From: Planctomycetota bacterium
GTDB lineage: Bacteria; Planctomycetota; UBA1135; UBA2386
Direction of reading: 5' to 3'
Length of the DNA: 64,000 nt
NCBI GenBank assembly: GCA_965223545.1
Contig: OZ245006.1
Location: forward strand, 1,184,001 to 1,248,000
Below the pieces are notes generated by a model that made no database searches, was not told the DNA's origin, and was given only the letters and a program-made list of their open reading frames with translations. Below are positions 1 to 9,169 of the stretch, in pieces. Every line of letters starts with the position of its first letter. Position 1 is the first letter of the stretch. Position numbers and translations under genes: made by a program.

Positions 1-298
1 CCATCGTGTCGCCGTACCGCGCGAGGATCGAGCCGTCGGCCTGCTTGGCCATTCTCCCGGTCTCCAGCACCAGCGGCCGGCCGCCGATCTCGCGCTCGAC
101 GCGCACCGGTTCGTACAGCGTCGCGCCCGCGATCTTCGCGCCCTTGGACGCGGAGCGTCGCTTGGCCACGGTCTTCTTGGTCTTGGCTTTCTTCGCCTTG
201 GTCGCCGGAGCCTTCTTGGTGCCGGCCTTCTTGGCCTTGGACGTCGTGGTCGACGACCCGGCCTTGCGCGCGGTTGTCCGCGCCTTCTTCGTTGCCAT
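1..298 (-). CDS. pnp: Polyribonucleotide nucleotidyltransferase (PNPase), 5' part only, with a Lys/Ala/Thr-rich N-terminal extension
   Basis: Not in the ORF track because it runs off the window edge. Manual translation from ATG at 298: [99 protein letters not shown]. The [17 protein letters not shown] stretch is the PNPase N-terminal signature, and rpsO-pnp synteny is classic. Confidence 0.93.
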   Translation of the reverse strand, partial: MATKKARTTARKAGSSTTTSKAKKAGTKKAPATKAKKAKTKKTVAKRRSASKGAKIAGATLYEPVRVEREIGGRPLVLETGRMAKQADGSILARYGDTM

Positions 299-699
299 GT
301 CTACTGTCTTGTTTGTGTTCCGAGCCGCTTCGCGGCCCGTGGCGCAACCGGACCCACATGGTCCCGGGCCACGCCCCTCATCGAAATGGGGTGCCGCCGA
401 AAGCAGCCACCCCGTGTCACCCGACCGGCCAACGCCGGCACCGGGTCTTGCTTAGGGTTCCCGCGGCCAACAGGTTGCTTCAGAAAGTGCTTCGTCTCGC
501 AACGGACTGCTGGGCCGCGAAGTGGGGTTGGGGAGCGAGGAGCACGTCAAGTGGCGGTCGCTTCGAGCGAGCGCGGCGTCGCGCTGCCCGCATCCCCGAG
601 TCTCTGTGTTTTCTTCGTTGTCTTGTCTGTCTTGTCTTCGGTCTTCGGCACCGCGCAGCTCGAGCTCGCAAGCTCCCCGCGCCGTGGCGGAAGCCGCGG
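299..699 (-). other. Long structured rpsO-pnp intergenic region / pnp 5' leader
   Basis: About 400 nt with no credible CDS. Hairpins at 462-519 (long imperfect stem), 388-413 and 322-338, plus purine-rich unstructured tracts on the minus strand. Confidence 0.5.
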
Positions 700-969
700 T
701 CAGCGCCGCAGGCCGAGTCGTTTGACGACCTCGACGTAGCGGTCGTGTGCCGAACGGTTCAGGTATCCGAGCAGCTTGTTGCGCCGGTTGACCTTCTGCA
801 GCAACCCTTGGCGCGAATGGAAGTCCTTGCGGTGCCGCTTCATGTGCTCGGTCAGCCGCTGGATGTCCTTGGTCAGCAACGCGATCTGCACCTCGGGCGA
901 ACCGGAGTCCGCATCGTGCAGGCGGTAGTCGGAGATGAGCTGGGCTCGGGAGTGTTCGGCGAGAGTCAT
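700..969 (-). CDS. rpsO: 30S ribosomal protein S15
   Basis: 89 aa with DSGSPEVQIALLT, HRKDFHSRQGLL and C-terminal LGLRR motifs. Confidence 0.98.
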   Translation of the reverse strand: MTLAEHSRAQLISDYRLHDADSGSPEVQIALLTKDIQRLTEHMKRHRKDFHSRQGLLQKVNRRNKLLGYLNRSAHDRYVEVVKRLGLRR

Positions 970-1090
970 GCTGCGGGTTCCACAGGGTCAGAACCGACGG
1001 CCCAGGGCGACCGCGCGCCGACAAGCGAACGGCTCCCGGATCCGTGGTCGGGGCACTCCGAACGGCCGGAGCGCCACGGGAATGCGGCGG

Positions 1091-1118
1091 AGGATAGCGG
1101 CCACGGCGGCAATGTCGA
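1091..1118 (-). promoter_or_regulatory. Candidate sigma70-type promoter for rpsO
   Basis: Minus strand TCGACA-N16-TATCCT, about 120 nt upstream of the rpsO ATG; motif match only. Confidence 0.35.
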
Positions 1119-1185
1119 GGACTAGTGGGGCGTCGCAGAAGTTCGCATGGAAAGTCCGCGCCCCTGGACGCCGCGCGCGGGCCCC

Positions 1186-1782
1186 CTACCGGTGGCGGCG
1201 GGGCAGCCGGCGGATCAGCTCGCCGGCGACCTCGGTGGCCGCCGCGCGCAGCCGGCCGGTGCGGTCGCGCGGGGCCGGACCGGAGCCCCCCGCCTTGACC
1301 TCGCCGTGCACTCCCCCGGACCACAGCGCCTCTGGCTGGGCCGGCGCCTTCATGGTCAGCTCGGCGGCAAAGCGGACGACGCCCGTCGCCATCAGCGAGC
1401 TGGCGTCCCACCGGGTGATGCGCACCGCCAGAACGGCATCCTCACCGAACCGGCCACCGACCGACTCGAGCCAGCTGGCATCGAGCACCGAAACCGCCGC
1501 CGGCGCGGCCAGCTCCCCGGCGAGGACGTCGTCGACCATCGCCGGCGCCAGCGGCGCGTAGTAACGCTGCACCAGGGCCCGGGCGATCTCCTCGCGCAGC
1601 GCATCGGTCACCACGCGGGCAGAACCATCGGCGGTCGCGTCCTCGACGGGCAGCACCGCGATGTCGGCGGGGTTCGTCGACAGCAGCTCGGAGGACGTTT
1701 CCAGCGAGGAGAAGACGCCGCCCGCCGGCGTCTGACACGCCGCCGCGACCAGCAGCAAGAGCACGGATGGGGCTTTGGCCAT
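1186..1782 (-). CDS. Putative lipoprotein (DUF799/GNA1162-like alpha/beta fold)
   Basis: Start re-assigned to MAKAPSVLLLLVAAAC (lipobox); IAVLPV..., DAVLAVRITRW and LWSG patterns typical of this lipoprotein class. Confidence 0.65.
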   Translation of the reverse strand: MAKAPSVLLLLVAAACQTPAGGVFSSLETSSELLSTNPADIAVLPVEDATADGSARVVTDALREEIARALVQRYYAPLAPAMVDDVLAGELAAPAAVSVLDASWLESVGGRFGEDAVLAVRITRWDASSLMATGVVRFAAELTMKAPAQPEALWSGGVHGEVKAGGSGPAPRDRTGRLRAAATEVAGELIRRLPRRHR

Positions 1783-1853
1783 GAGGACTGTCGCCACAGT
1801 AGCCACCTGCCCAACTCGACTCCAGCCCGCTTCGCCCCTTCCGGCGCCCGGGC

Positions 1854-2516
1854 TCACGCCCAGGCCCGGGCCGAGCGCGCACAGGACTCACAGTGGCCGC
1901 ACGGCTCGGGGCCGCGGTCGTAGCAGCTGAACAGATCGGCCGGCACCAGGCCCTGCCGGCGCGCCACCGCGACCATCTGCCGCTTGTCGAGGTCGGCGGT
2001 CGGGGCGCGCACCTCGACTGCGGCGCGGGTGCCCAGCGCCAGCGCCGCGGTCATCGCTTGGGTGAACTCGACCGTATTGTCCGCGAACGTGGCGGCCTCC
2101 TCTCGATTGAAGCCGGCCAAGACCACCCCGACCCCGAGGGCCTCGGCCCAGGCCGCGCCGACCGACAGCAGCACCACGTTGCGGGCCGGCACCCAAACCG
2201 CAGCGGCGCTCATTCCGTCACCCAGCGCCTCGCGACCTGGGCGCGGCAGCGGCGCCGCGCCCTCGATCAGGGCACTGCCCGCGCTCCGCGCCGCCGCACC
2301 GAGCCAGGGCAGCGATACCGGCTGCCAGCGTAGCCCCCACCGCGATGCCAATCGCTCGGCGGCGCGCGCCTCGGCGGCGGCGGCGCGCTGGCCGTAGTCT
2401 GCGGTGACCACCATCTCGACTTCGCCGCCGCCCTCTCGCCACAGGAGCAGGGCAACGGCCGAGTCCAACCCGCCCGACAGCAACGCCACCGCCCGGCGAT
2501 CGCGCGCCGGGTTCAC
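1854..2516 (-). CDS. queC: 7-cyano-7-deazaguanine synthase (QueC family PP-loop ATPase)
   Basis: LLSGGLDS PP-loop, DYGQR, WVPARN, GFNREEAATFADN, and Zn-binding SCY...CGHCESC. Confidence 0.85.
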   Translation of the reverse strand: MNPARDRRAVALLSGGLDSAVALLLWREGGGEVEMVVTADYGQRAAAAEARAAERLASRWGLRWQPVSLPWLGAAARSAGSALIEGAAPLPRPGREALGDGMSAAAVWVPARNVVLLSVGAAWAEALGVGVVLAGFNREEAATFADNTVEFTQAMTAALALGTRAAVEVRAPTADLDKRQMVAVARRQGLVPADLFSCYDRGPEPCGHCESCARSARAWA

Positions 2517-5401
2517 GGCAGCGACACGGACACCGAGATGGCGGACCCGCGCGCGTAGGCGACCTGCCCGCGGCGCACTTCCTCGAACACCAGGGCCTGC
2601 GCCGACATTCGCGTCGAGAAGAAGACGTGCGCCTCACCGACCACGCTCCAGGCGCCCGCGACCAGCCCGGTGAGCGGGGCCGGCAGCTGCGGCAGCTGCA
2701 CCGTCCGCGCCCCGAGCGCGCCGTCCTCATCCAGCCGCCAGAGGCTCCAGCGCCGGCCGCCGGCATCGGTCACCGTGAGCTCCTGCCACCCCAGCAGCTG
2801 GCCCAGGGCGGTCGGGTCGAGCCGGTCCTGGTAGGTGATCGCGGGCTCGCCGCTGCTGCTCGACGGCGCGGTCACCGATGGAATCCCGATCGGCGGCAGC
2901 GTCGGCACGGTCTGTCCGGTCTGCACGTCGACCAGCCGCCGGTGGCGCGACAGATTGCCGCTCTGGTCGACCGCCTCGGTCGACACCATCAGCAGCGGCG
3001 TGAACGGCGTGAGATTGAGGGCCGTCGTCAACGAGTAGGTCGCGTTGACGTCGTAGACGCCACCTCCGGCACCGGTCGCAAAACCGACGCCGAACAAGCT
3101 GGTGCCGCCGAACCCGGCGAGACTGCCCATCAACCGCACCACCGGCGGCTCGAGCAGATTGGCGAGATCGAGTCCCGTCGCGGTGCCGAAGTCGACGGTA
3201 TACGGAGCCGCCAGATTGAGCGTCGTCAGCGTCGCCGGCAGCAGTGCCAGCGCGGCGGACGCAGTCGCTCCGCTGTCGACCGGCCCCAACGGCATCGTGG
3301 GCGTCAGTCCGTCCGGCCCGCACAGCTGGCATGCGTGGTGGGCGAACGTGGGCAAGGACATCGGCTCGAAGCGGCCGGCAAACGCGTTGACCACCGCCAG
3401 CCGATTGGCGCGGATGGCCGTGCTCGGAATCGCCGTCGGTTGGCCCGCGCTCGTGGCCAGCGCCTGCTGGGTCGGATCGTCGATCAGATTGCAGCCGATC
3501 AACGCGGTGTCGCCGACGCTGGCGGCGAACGCGACCGCACCATCCAACGTCGCCGTACCGCCACCGATCGGGCGCAACGGCAGAGAGACGAACGCCGAAC
3601 CCGAGTCCAGCAGGGTGCGCACGTCGTAGCCCGGGGCCACGACGGTCATCGTGTGGCTGGCCGCGGACAGTCCGGTGAACGACGCGCGCCCGTTGGCCGC
3701 CGTCGTCGCCGTGCGCTGCCCCACCGCCGGCGCCATCGGCAGCCCGGGCTCGACGATGACGACCGCGCCCGGCACCGCCGCCATCGTCACCGCGTCGTAC
3801 GCCTCGACGGTGAGACTGCCACCCGCGACCGAGCCCCGCATCACGCCCCGGGGCACGATGCGGCCGGTGACTGCGCTGGCGGCGAGGTTGCCGGCGGCGT
3901 CGGTGATCGACAGGGTGTAGTCCAGCGCCAACACGTTGCGGCCCAGGTCGATCGGCGTCATCACGAACTGGCCGGCGTCGTTGGCGGCGAACATCGGCAC
4001 CATCGCCCCGTTTGCGGTCAGCGTGGCCTCGCCGAGTCGCTCGGACGCCAAGCCGTAGAAGACCGCGGACTCCTGATCCGAGAACAGGTCGAGCTGCGCG
4101 ACGCCACCCGCCGGCGCACCGGCGCCGACCACCGTCGGCAGCACTGTGTCCTGCAGCGTCGGGTTGCCACCCGCCGACGTCACGAAGCCGGAGCTTCGCC
4201 TGCCTCGCACCAGCTCGACCGCCAGGGTGAGCGGACCGTCATCGAACCGCGGCTGCGCCAGCGTGCCGAGCGCGCCGGCGAAGTCGAGAGTGACCGTCTG
4301 CGCGCCATCGGCAGTCAGCGTCGCGTCGCGCTCGACGAACGCGACGTCGTCGGGATCCTCGGTATCGGAGTCCAGTCCGTAGATCCGGCCGACGAGCCGA
4401 TCGTCGGCGCGCGCCGACGGATCGAGGACGACGTCGACCGCGAGGTTGTCCAGATTCGCGCGGTTGACCCGGTGCTCGAAGCCGGCGGTGAAGTTGCCGA
4501 CCGAGACGCTCTGCGGCGCGAGGTGGGCCAGAGTGGAAAACCGCGAGAACGGCCGGCGGCCACCGAACTGCAGCACACCACCGGCGCCGAACAGGATGCT
4601 GCTGTCGACGAACAGCTCGTAGTCGCGGGCGCCTTCCAGCGCGCTGTCCGGATCGAACCGGAGTACGCGGGTGTCGGGATCGACACCGTTGGTGAACGGA
4701 AAGGTCGCATCGCCGGAGACGACGGTGCCGAACGCGTCGCGCAGCTCGGTGCCGGCCAGCGCGGAATCGCCGTCCGGCGCCTTGTCGAACACGACGAAGA
4801 CCGGGGTCTCCCGGCTCTGGTCGACGGCGGCGTCGCGGGGCAGCACCTCGACGATGCGGCCGTCCTCGTCGGCGGGATCCTGGTCGACGAAGAAGCTGGC
4901 GACCGGGTCCGGCTCGGTGCCGCCATAGGTGACCCCGTCGACGTCGCGCACCGACGGATCGACCAGCACCTCGTAGGCGGTGTCGACCGGCAGCGCCGTC
5001 ACCGGTCGCAGCAACACGACGGTGTCGCCGAGCAAGAACTCGTAGGTCACCGGCACCGGCTGCCCGCTGTCGGCATCCACCAGCTGCACGCCACCAGTGG
5101 TCGGTCCGGACCCGGGACCCGGCACGCCGGGCAGCTGCGCGGCGACCTCGACGGTGTCGCGGTTGACGGATTCGCTGAAGGACACGACCACCGGGGTCGA
5201 TGCGGCAATCGCCGATCCGGACGGCACGGCCGCGACCACGCGCGGCCGGGCATCCGCCACGATGCCCCCCGCCGGCATCACCTGCACGTTGGTGCTGCCG
5301 GCCCCCGTGCCACCACCGCCGTAGACGCCGACGACGTTGTCGCAACCGGTGGCGGTCAGGAGAAGGGCGGCAAAGATGACCGGGAGAGAGCTGCGCATCA
5401 T
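2513..5401 (-). CDS. Large Ig-like-domain (Big_5-type) lipoprotein with carboxypeptidase-regulatory-like segment
   Basis: Start re-assigned to MMRSSLPVIFAALLLTATGC (lipobox); two 'P.VV.FSE/FDK ... L.P..AL....YE' Ig-like repeats; stop overlaps the queC start (GTGA). Confidence 0.7.
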   Translation of the reverse strand: MMRSSLPVIFAALLLTATGCDNVVGVYGGGGTGAGSTNVQVMPAGGIVADARPRVVAAVPSGSAIAASTPVVVSFSESVNRDTVEVAAQLPGVPGPGSGPTTGGVQLVDADSGQPVPVTYEFLLGDTVVLLRPVTALPVDTAYEVLVDPSVRDVDGVTYGGTEPDPVASFFVDQDPADEDGRIVEVLPRDAAVDQSRETPVFVVFDKAPDGDSALAGTELRDAFGTVVSGDATFPFTNGVDPDTRVLRFDPDSALEGARDYELFVDSSILFGAGGVLQFGGRRPFSRFSTLAHLAPQSVSVGNFTAGFEHRVNRANLDNLAVDVVLDPSARADDRLVGRIYGLDSDTEDPDDVAFVERDATLTADGAQTVTLDFAGALGTLAQPRFDDGPLTLAVELVRGRRSSGFVTSAGGNPTLQDTVLPTVVGAGAPAGGVAQLDLFSDQESAVFYGLASERLGEATLTANGAMVPMFAANDAGQFVMTPIDLGRNVLALDYTLSITDAAGNLAASAVTGRIVPRGVMRGSVAGGSLTVEAYDAVTMAAVPGAVVIVEPGLPMAPAVGQRTATTAANGRASFTGLSAASHTMTVVAPGYDVRTLLDSGSAFVSLPLRPIGGGTATLDGAVAFAASVGDTALIGCNLIDDPTQQALATSAGQPTAIPSTAIRANRLAVVNAFAGRFEPMSLPTFAHHACQLCGPDGLTPTMPLGPVDSGATASAALALLPATLTTLNLAAPYTVDFGTATGLDLANLLEPPVVRLMGSLAGFGGTSLFGVGFATGAGGGVYDVNATYSLTTALNLTPFTPLLMVSTEAVDQSGNLSRHRRLVDVQTGQTVPTLPPIGIPSVTAPSSSSGEPAITYQDRLDPTALGQLLGWQELTVTDAGGRRWSLWRLDEDGALGARTVQLPQLPAPLTGLVAGAWSVVGEAHVFFSTRMSAQALVFEEVRRGQVAYARGSAISVSVSLP

Positions 5402-5516
5402 GGTGGTCGGCCCGCCGGCAGGCCGGGGCGCGTGGGAAGAGAGATCGAGCCGGGGCGCCCTGCGCGTGCGCCAGACGTTCCCGGCCACTCCGCCGCAGAC
5501 GAAGCCGGCGCCGATC

Positions 5517-6131
5517 TTATTCCCGCGGACCCGAATCTCCCACCGCGGCGGCGCCGATCAGCTGGTCGAGGGCCATTCCGACGCCGCGCGACAGGCCCCG
5601 CACGACGTCCTCGGGCAGATCGCCGTCGACGGGCACGTCGCCGCCGAACTCGCCATCGACGACCACTCGGCCCGAGCGCACCTCGGTCAGGGTCAACCGC
5701 AGCACGGCACGCGCCACCCAGCGGCCGTCCAGGGCGGTCTGCTGCAGCTCCAGCACCCGGGCGCGCAACGACCAGTCCGCCGCACGCGCATCGACCGCGG
5801 CGACCACCGCGCCAAAGACCCCGGCTCGCTCGAACCCGGTGAGCAAGGCGTCGTGCACCACCTCCTCGACCGGCGCCACCCAGCGGTGGAACCGATAGGG
5901 CTGCAGCCCCACCGGCCCGTTGGCGACCTGCAGTCCGTCGCCGCGAAGATGCGGCGCGACGCCGACGCGATCCAGGACCAGGGTGCCCCCCAGGGGCTGT
6001 AGCCCATCGACCGCTGGCCGGGGCGGCAACGCCAGCCGGTAGTAGCGCTCGTCGGGGACGGACACGCCACCGCACGCCGCGCACGCCAGCAGCGCGGCCA
6101 TGGCCCGAACCACCGCCGTCGTCGCCCGCAT
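5517..6131 (-). CDS. ABC-type transport auxiliary lipoprotein (PqiC-like)
   Basis: C-terminal part of the 565-aa ORF; MRATT...LLACAACGG lipobox, RYYRL, YRFHRWVAP motifs; follows MlaD. Confidence 0.8.
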   Translation of the reverse strand: MRATTAVVRAMAALLACAACGGVSVPDERYYRLALPPRPAVDGLQPLGGTLVLDRVGVAPHLRGDGLQVANGPVGLQPYRFHRWVAPVEEVVHDALLTGFERAGVFGAVVAAVDARAADWSLRARVLELQQTALDGRWVARAVLRLTLTEVRSGRVVVDGEFGGDVPVDGDLPEDVVRGLSRGVGMALDQLIGAAAVGDSGPRE

Positions 6132-7141
6132 CACCGCCCACCTCCGCGCGGCGCACCCGGCGCCAGCTCGACGGCGGCCTCGCCGAACAGCAGCGCCGAC
6201 GGCGCCGCGCGCAGCTTGCGGGCCAAGGCCGACACCTCGGCGAGCGTGCTCTGCGCGCCGAGGATCACGCGGTGAAGGGGGCCGCGGACGTCCCCCATCG
6301 CTTCCTGCAACCCGACCAGCACCGCCGCCAAGCGCGGCTCGAGCGTCGCCAACCGCTCGGCAGCCAACCGCCACGCCGCCAGCGTGCGCGGCACGGCGTC
6401 GCCGCGCACCAGCGCGCCGGCATCGGCAGCCGCGCGGCGCAACTCGGCGGCGGCCGCGGTCACCTCGGCGACGGCGGCCCGCGCCTCGACGAACGTGCCG
6501 CGCAGCTCGGGGAGGACGGCGGCGACACCGCGATCGAGCTCGTCGAGGCTGCGACCGAGACGGTCGGGCAAGGCGCGGGCGGCCACGTCGACACCTTCGA
6601 TCAGCCCGGCCAGCTGGGCGCGCTGCTGCGGTCCGGCCAGCGCGCGCGCGGCCGCCACGAGCTCGCGCGCCTCGCCGATGAACGCCGACACCTCGGTGAG
6701 GACGTCGGGCATGTTGCGCGCCAGCTCGGTCAGCGGCGACGGCTGCACCGGAATCACCGCCCCTGGCTCCAGGGCGGCGACCTGCGGCCGATAGCCCTCC
6801 AGCTCGACCGTGACCTGGCCGGTGACCAAGGCGCGATCGAGGCGCCCCCGCGTCACCTCTTGGATCGACGCCAGCGAGCGGTCGACCTCGACCTCGACGA
6901 CCGTCTTCCCCTCCGCGAAGCGAATGTCGGTCACCGCGCCGACCGGCACGCCCTGAAAGTTGACCTTGGAGCCGACGACGAGCCCCTTGACGCTCTCGGC
7001 GAACCGCAGCCGGTACGACGCCCGCTCGCCCCCGACCCGAAGACCGACGACCACGACCAGCAACGCCGCCAACAGCACGCCGCTGCCGCAGAGCAGCAGG
7101 CCGACCCGATACCGCTGCGCGTGATTCCAGCTCCGATGCAA
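6131..7141 (-). CDS. MlaD/MCE-domain substrate-binding protein
   Basis: N-terminal TM helix, F.ESVKGL.VGS.V.FQGVPVG.V MCE signature, coiled-coil tail ending PSALLFG; start uncertain (TTG 7141 or 7192). Confidence 0.9.
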   Translation of the reverse strand: MHRSWNHAQRYRVGLLLCGSGVLLAALLVVVVGLRVGGERASYRLRFAESVKGLVVGSKVNFQGVPVGAVTDIRFAEGKTVVEVEVDRSLASIQEVTRGRLDRALVTGQVTVELEGYRPQVAALEPGAVIPVQPSPLTELARNMPDVLTEVSAFIGEARELVAAARALAGPQQRAQLAGLIEGVDVAARALPDRLGRSLDELDRGVAAVLPELRGTFVEARAAVAEVTAAAAELRRAAADAGALVRGDAVPRTLAAWRLAAERLATLEPRLAAVLVGLQEAMGDVRGPLHRVILGAQSTLAEVSALARKLRAAPSALLFGEAAVELAPGAPRGGGR

Positions 7142-7217
7142 GGTGCCCCCGCATCCTGCATCGTCCGCCGTCGCCGCCGGGCTGCAGCGCAACCGACGCC
7201 GACCGCGGCGGCACCCT

Positions 7218-8021
7218 TCAAACGTCCGACGTCGCCAGCGGCACGTCGAGCGAGAAGCCGCCCTCGTCGGTCATCCGCCGCTCCAGGAAGCCGCGGATGG
7301 CGGGCTCGGGCGCGTTCCAAACCGTCTCTTTGTCGCCGACTGCAGTGATCCTGCCGTCGAGCATCATCGCCACCCGATCGGCGATCGCATAGGCGGAGGC
7401 CAGATCGTGCGTGACGACCACGGTGGTCACGCCGAACACGCGGTTGAGCTTGGCGATGAGGTTGTCCACCTCGGCAGCGGTGACCGGATCGAGACCCGCG
7501 GACGGCTCGTCCAGGTAGAGGATCTCCGGATCGAGCGCCAGCGCCCGCGCGATCGCGACCCGCTTGGTCATGCCCCCCGACAGGTTTGCCGGCAGCAGCG
7601 CCGCCGCGTGCAGCATGCCGACCATGTCCAGCTTGAGCCGCGCGGTCTCGGCGACCAGCGCCGCGGGCAACGCCGTGTTCTCGCGCAACGGCAACGCGAC
7701 GTTGTCGAGCACGCTCAAGCCACCCAACAACGCCCCGCCCTGGAACGCCAGCCCGGTGCGCAACCGCTGCAGCCGCAGCTCGTCGTTCGGCATCGCGTAG
7801 AGATCCCGTCCGCCGACGAACACGCTGCCGGCGTCGGGCGGCTCGAGCCCGCACAGATGCCGCAACAGCGTGGTCTTGCCGCAGCCGGACGGCCCCATCA
7901 GCACCGTGATCTTGCCGCGCCGCACCGCGAGGTCGACGCCGGTGAGCACCTGCCGCTCGCCGCGGTACGAGGACACCGCGATCGCGCGCACGTGGTCGGC
8001 CGAGGCGGCGGATGCCTTCAT
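7218..8021 (-). CDS. MlaF/Mkl-type ABC transporter ATP-binding protein
   Basis: GPSGCGKT Walker A, LSGGM signature, LYLDEPSAGLDP, VVTHD; start overlaps the MlaE stop. Confidence 0.93.
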   Translation of the reverse strand: MKASAASADHVRAIAVSSYRGERQVLTGVDLAVRRGKITVLMGPSGCGKTTLLRHLCGLEPPDAGSVFVGGRDLYAMPNDELRLQRLRTGLAFQGGALLGGLSVLDNVALPLRENTALPAALVAETARLKLDMVGMLHAAALLPANLSGGMTKRVAIARALALDPEILYLDEPSAGLDPVTAAEVDNLIAKLNRVFGVTTVVVTHDLASAYAIADRVAMMLDGRITAVGDKETVWNAPEPAIRGFLERRMTDEGGFSLDVPLATSDV

Positions 8022-9109
8022 CCCAGCAACCACCGCTGGCCAGTGACACACAGCGAGTCCAACACGATCACCAAGAAGATCGCGGTGACCACCGCGTGCG
8101 TGGTGGCCCGGGCGACCCCGGTGCTGCCCCCGACCACGCGCAGGCCGAGGGCGCAGCCGACGACGCCGATGGTGATGCCGAACACCACGGCCTTGAACAA
8201 GCCGATGAGGAAGTCGTCGAGACCGACCGCGGTGCGGGTCTGCTCGAGGTAGGCGCCGACCTCCGCCGCGCCGACCGCGACGGCGAACAGCGCGCCCCCT
8301 GCGATCGCGGCCGCGTCGAAGGCCAGCGCCAGCACGCCGGCGGCGATCGCCAGCGCGACGATCTTCGGCACCACCGCGAAGCGGAGCGGGTCGACCGCCA
8401 TCTGCCGCAGCGCGGTGATCTCCTCGCTGATCACCATGGCACCGAGCTGGGCCGCGTTGCTGCCGCCGGAGCGCGCGGCCAGCACGACGGCAGTCATCAG
8501 CGGCCCGATCTCGCTCACCACCGACACGCCGACCATGTCGGCGACGTAGATCTCGGCCCCCCAGACCCGCAGCTGCACGAACGCCTGCATCGCCAGGACC
8601 AGCCCCAGCAACAGAGCGATCAACAGGACGATCGGCAGCGCGCCGACCGCCGCGGCATCGAGCTCGAGCACGGTGCGATCCCAGCGCACGCCCTGCCCGC
8701 GCCGCGGCCACAAGCACGCGGCGAAACACCGGCCCGCCAGCGAGACCACGTCGCGGGCGGCGTGGCACAAGGGCTCGACCGCCGCGCCCACCGCCACCAC
8801 CAGGTGACGGCGGCCACGCCGCAGCGGCGGCTCCAGCAGGCGGCCGACCGACACCAGCGAGAAGAACTCGGTGGCCTCCGGCGGCAGCCGCCCCAGCTGC
8901 AGGTCGACGCCGCGCCGGCGCGCGTCGCGAATGCCGGCGACCAGAGCGGCCATGCCGGCGGTGTCGAAGTGCTGCACGGTGCCGAGGTCGACCACCAGCC
9001 GGGGCGGCGCCCCGTCCGCCGCCGTTGCCGCTGCCAACACCTCGGTAAAGCCCGCCGCTGCATCGCGGTCGAGCCGCTCGGGTGCGGTGATCACCGCTGA
9101 TTCCGACAA
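8018..9109 (-). CDS. MlaE-family ABC permease with N-terminal STAS domain
   Basis: VDL..V.HFDTAG STAS motif; EIGPLMTAVVLAARSG, AQLGAM.ISEEI.AL and STGVARATT.AVV. Confidence 0.92.
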   Translation of the reverse strand: MSESAVITAPERLDRDAAAGFTEVLAAATAADGAPPRLVVDLGTVQHFDTAGMAALVAGIRDARRRGVDLQLGRLPPEATEFFSLVSVGRLLEPPLRRGRRHLVVAVGAAVEPLCHAARDVVSLAGRCFAACLWPRRGQGVRWDRTVLELDAAAVGALPIVLLIALLLGLVLAMQAFVQLRVWGAEIYVADMVGVSVVSEIGPLMTAVVLAARSGGSNAAQLGAMVISEEITALRQMAVDPLRFAVVPKIVALAIAAGVLALAFDAAAIAGGALFAVAVGAAEVGAYLEQTRTAVGLDDFLIGLFKAVVFGITIGVVGCALGLRVVGGSTGVARATTHAVVTAIFLVIVLDSLCVTGQRWLLG

Positions 9110-9169
9110 CCGACCCTCCGTCTCCGTCTTTCGGCCGAACGCCCGCCGCAGCGCGAGGCGAAACCCGGA

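Noticed and set aside
6..455. 149-aa plus-strand hydrophobic ORF
   Set aside because: Antisense shadow of the Lys-rich pnp 5' end; AAG codons read as Leu/Phe on the other strand
600..650. GTCTT-type short repeats suggesting a CRISPR array or microsatellite
   Set aside because: Low-complexity and irregular; no repeat-spacer periodicity and no cas genes
1854..2516. QueC as part of a Qat or Dpd anti-phage system
   Set aside because: No TatD nuclease, KAP ATPase or dpd genes nearby, and the length fits ordinary QueC
2627..5842. 1071-aa plus-strand ORF
   Set aside because: Antisense to the Ig-like lipoprotein; Arg/Gly-rich shadow typical of high-GC DNA
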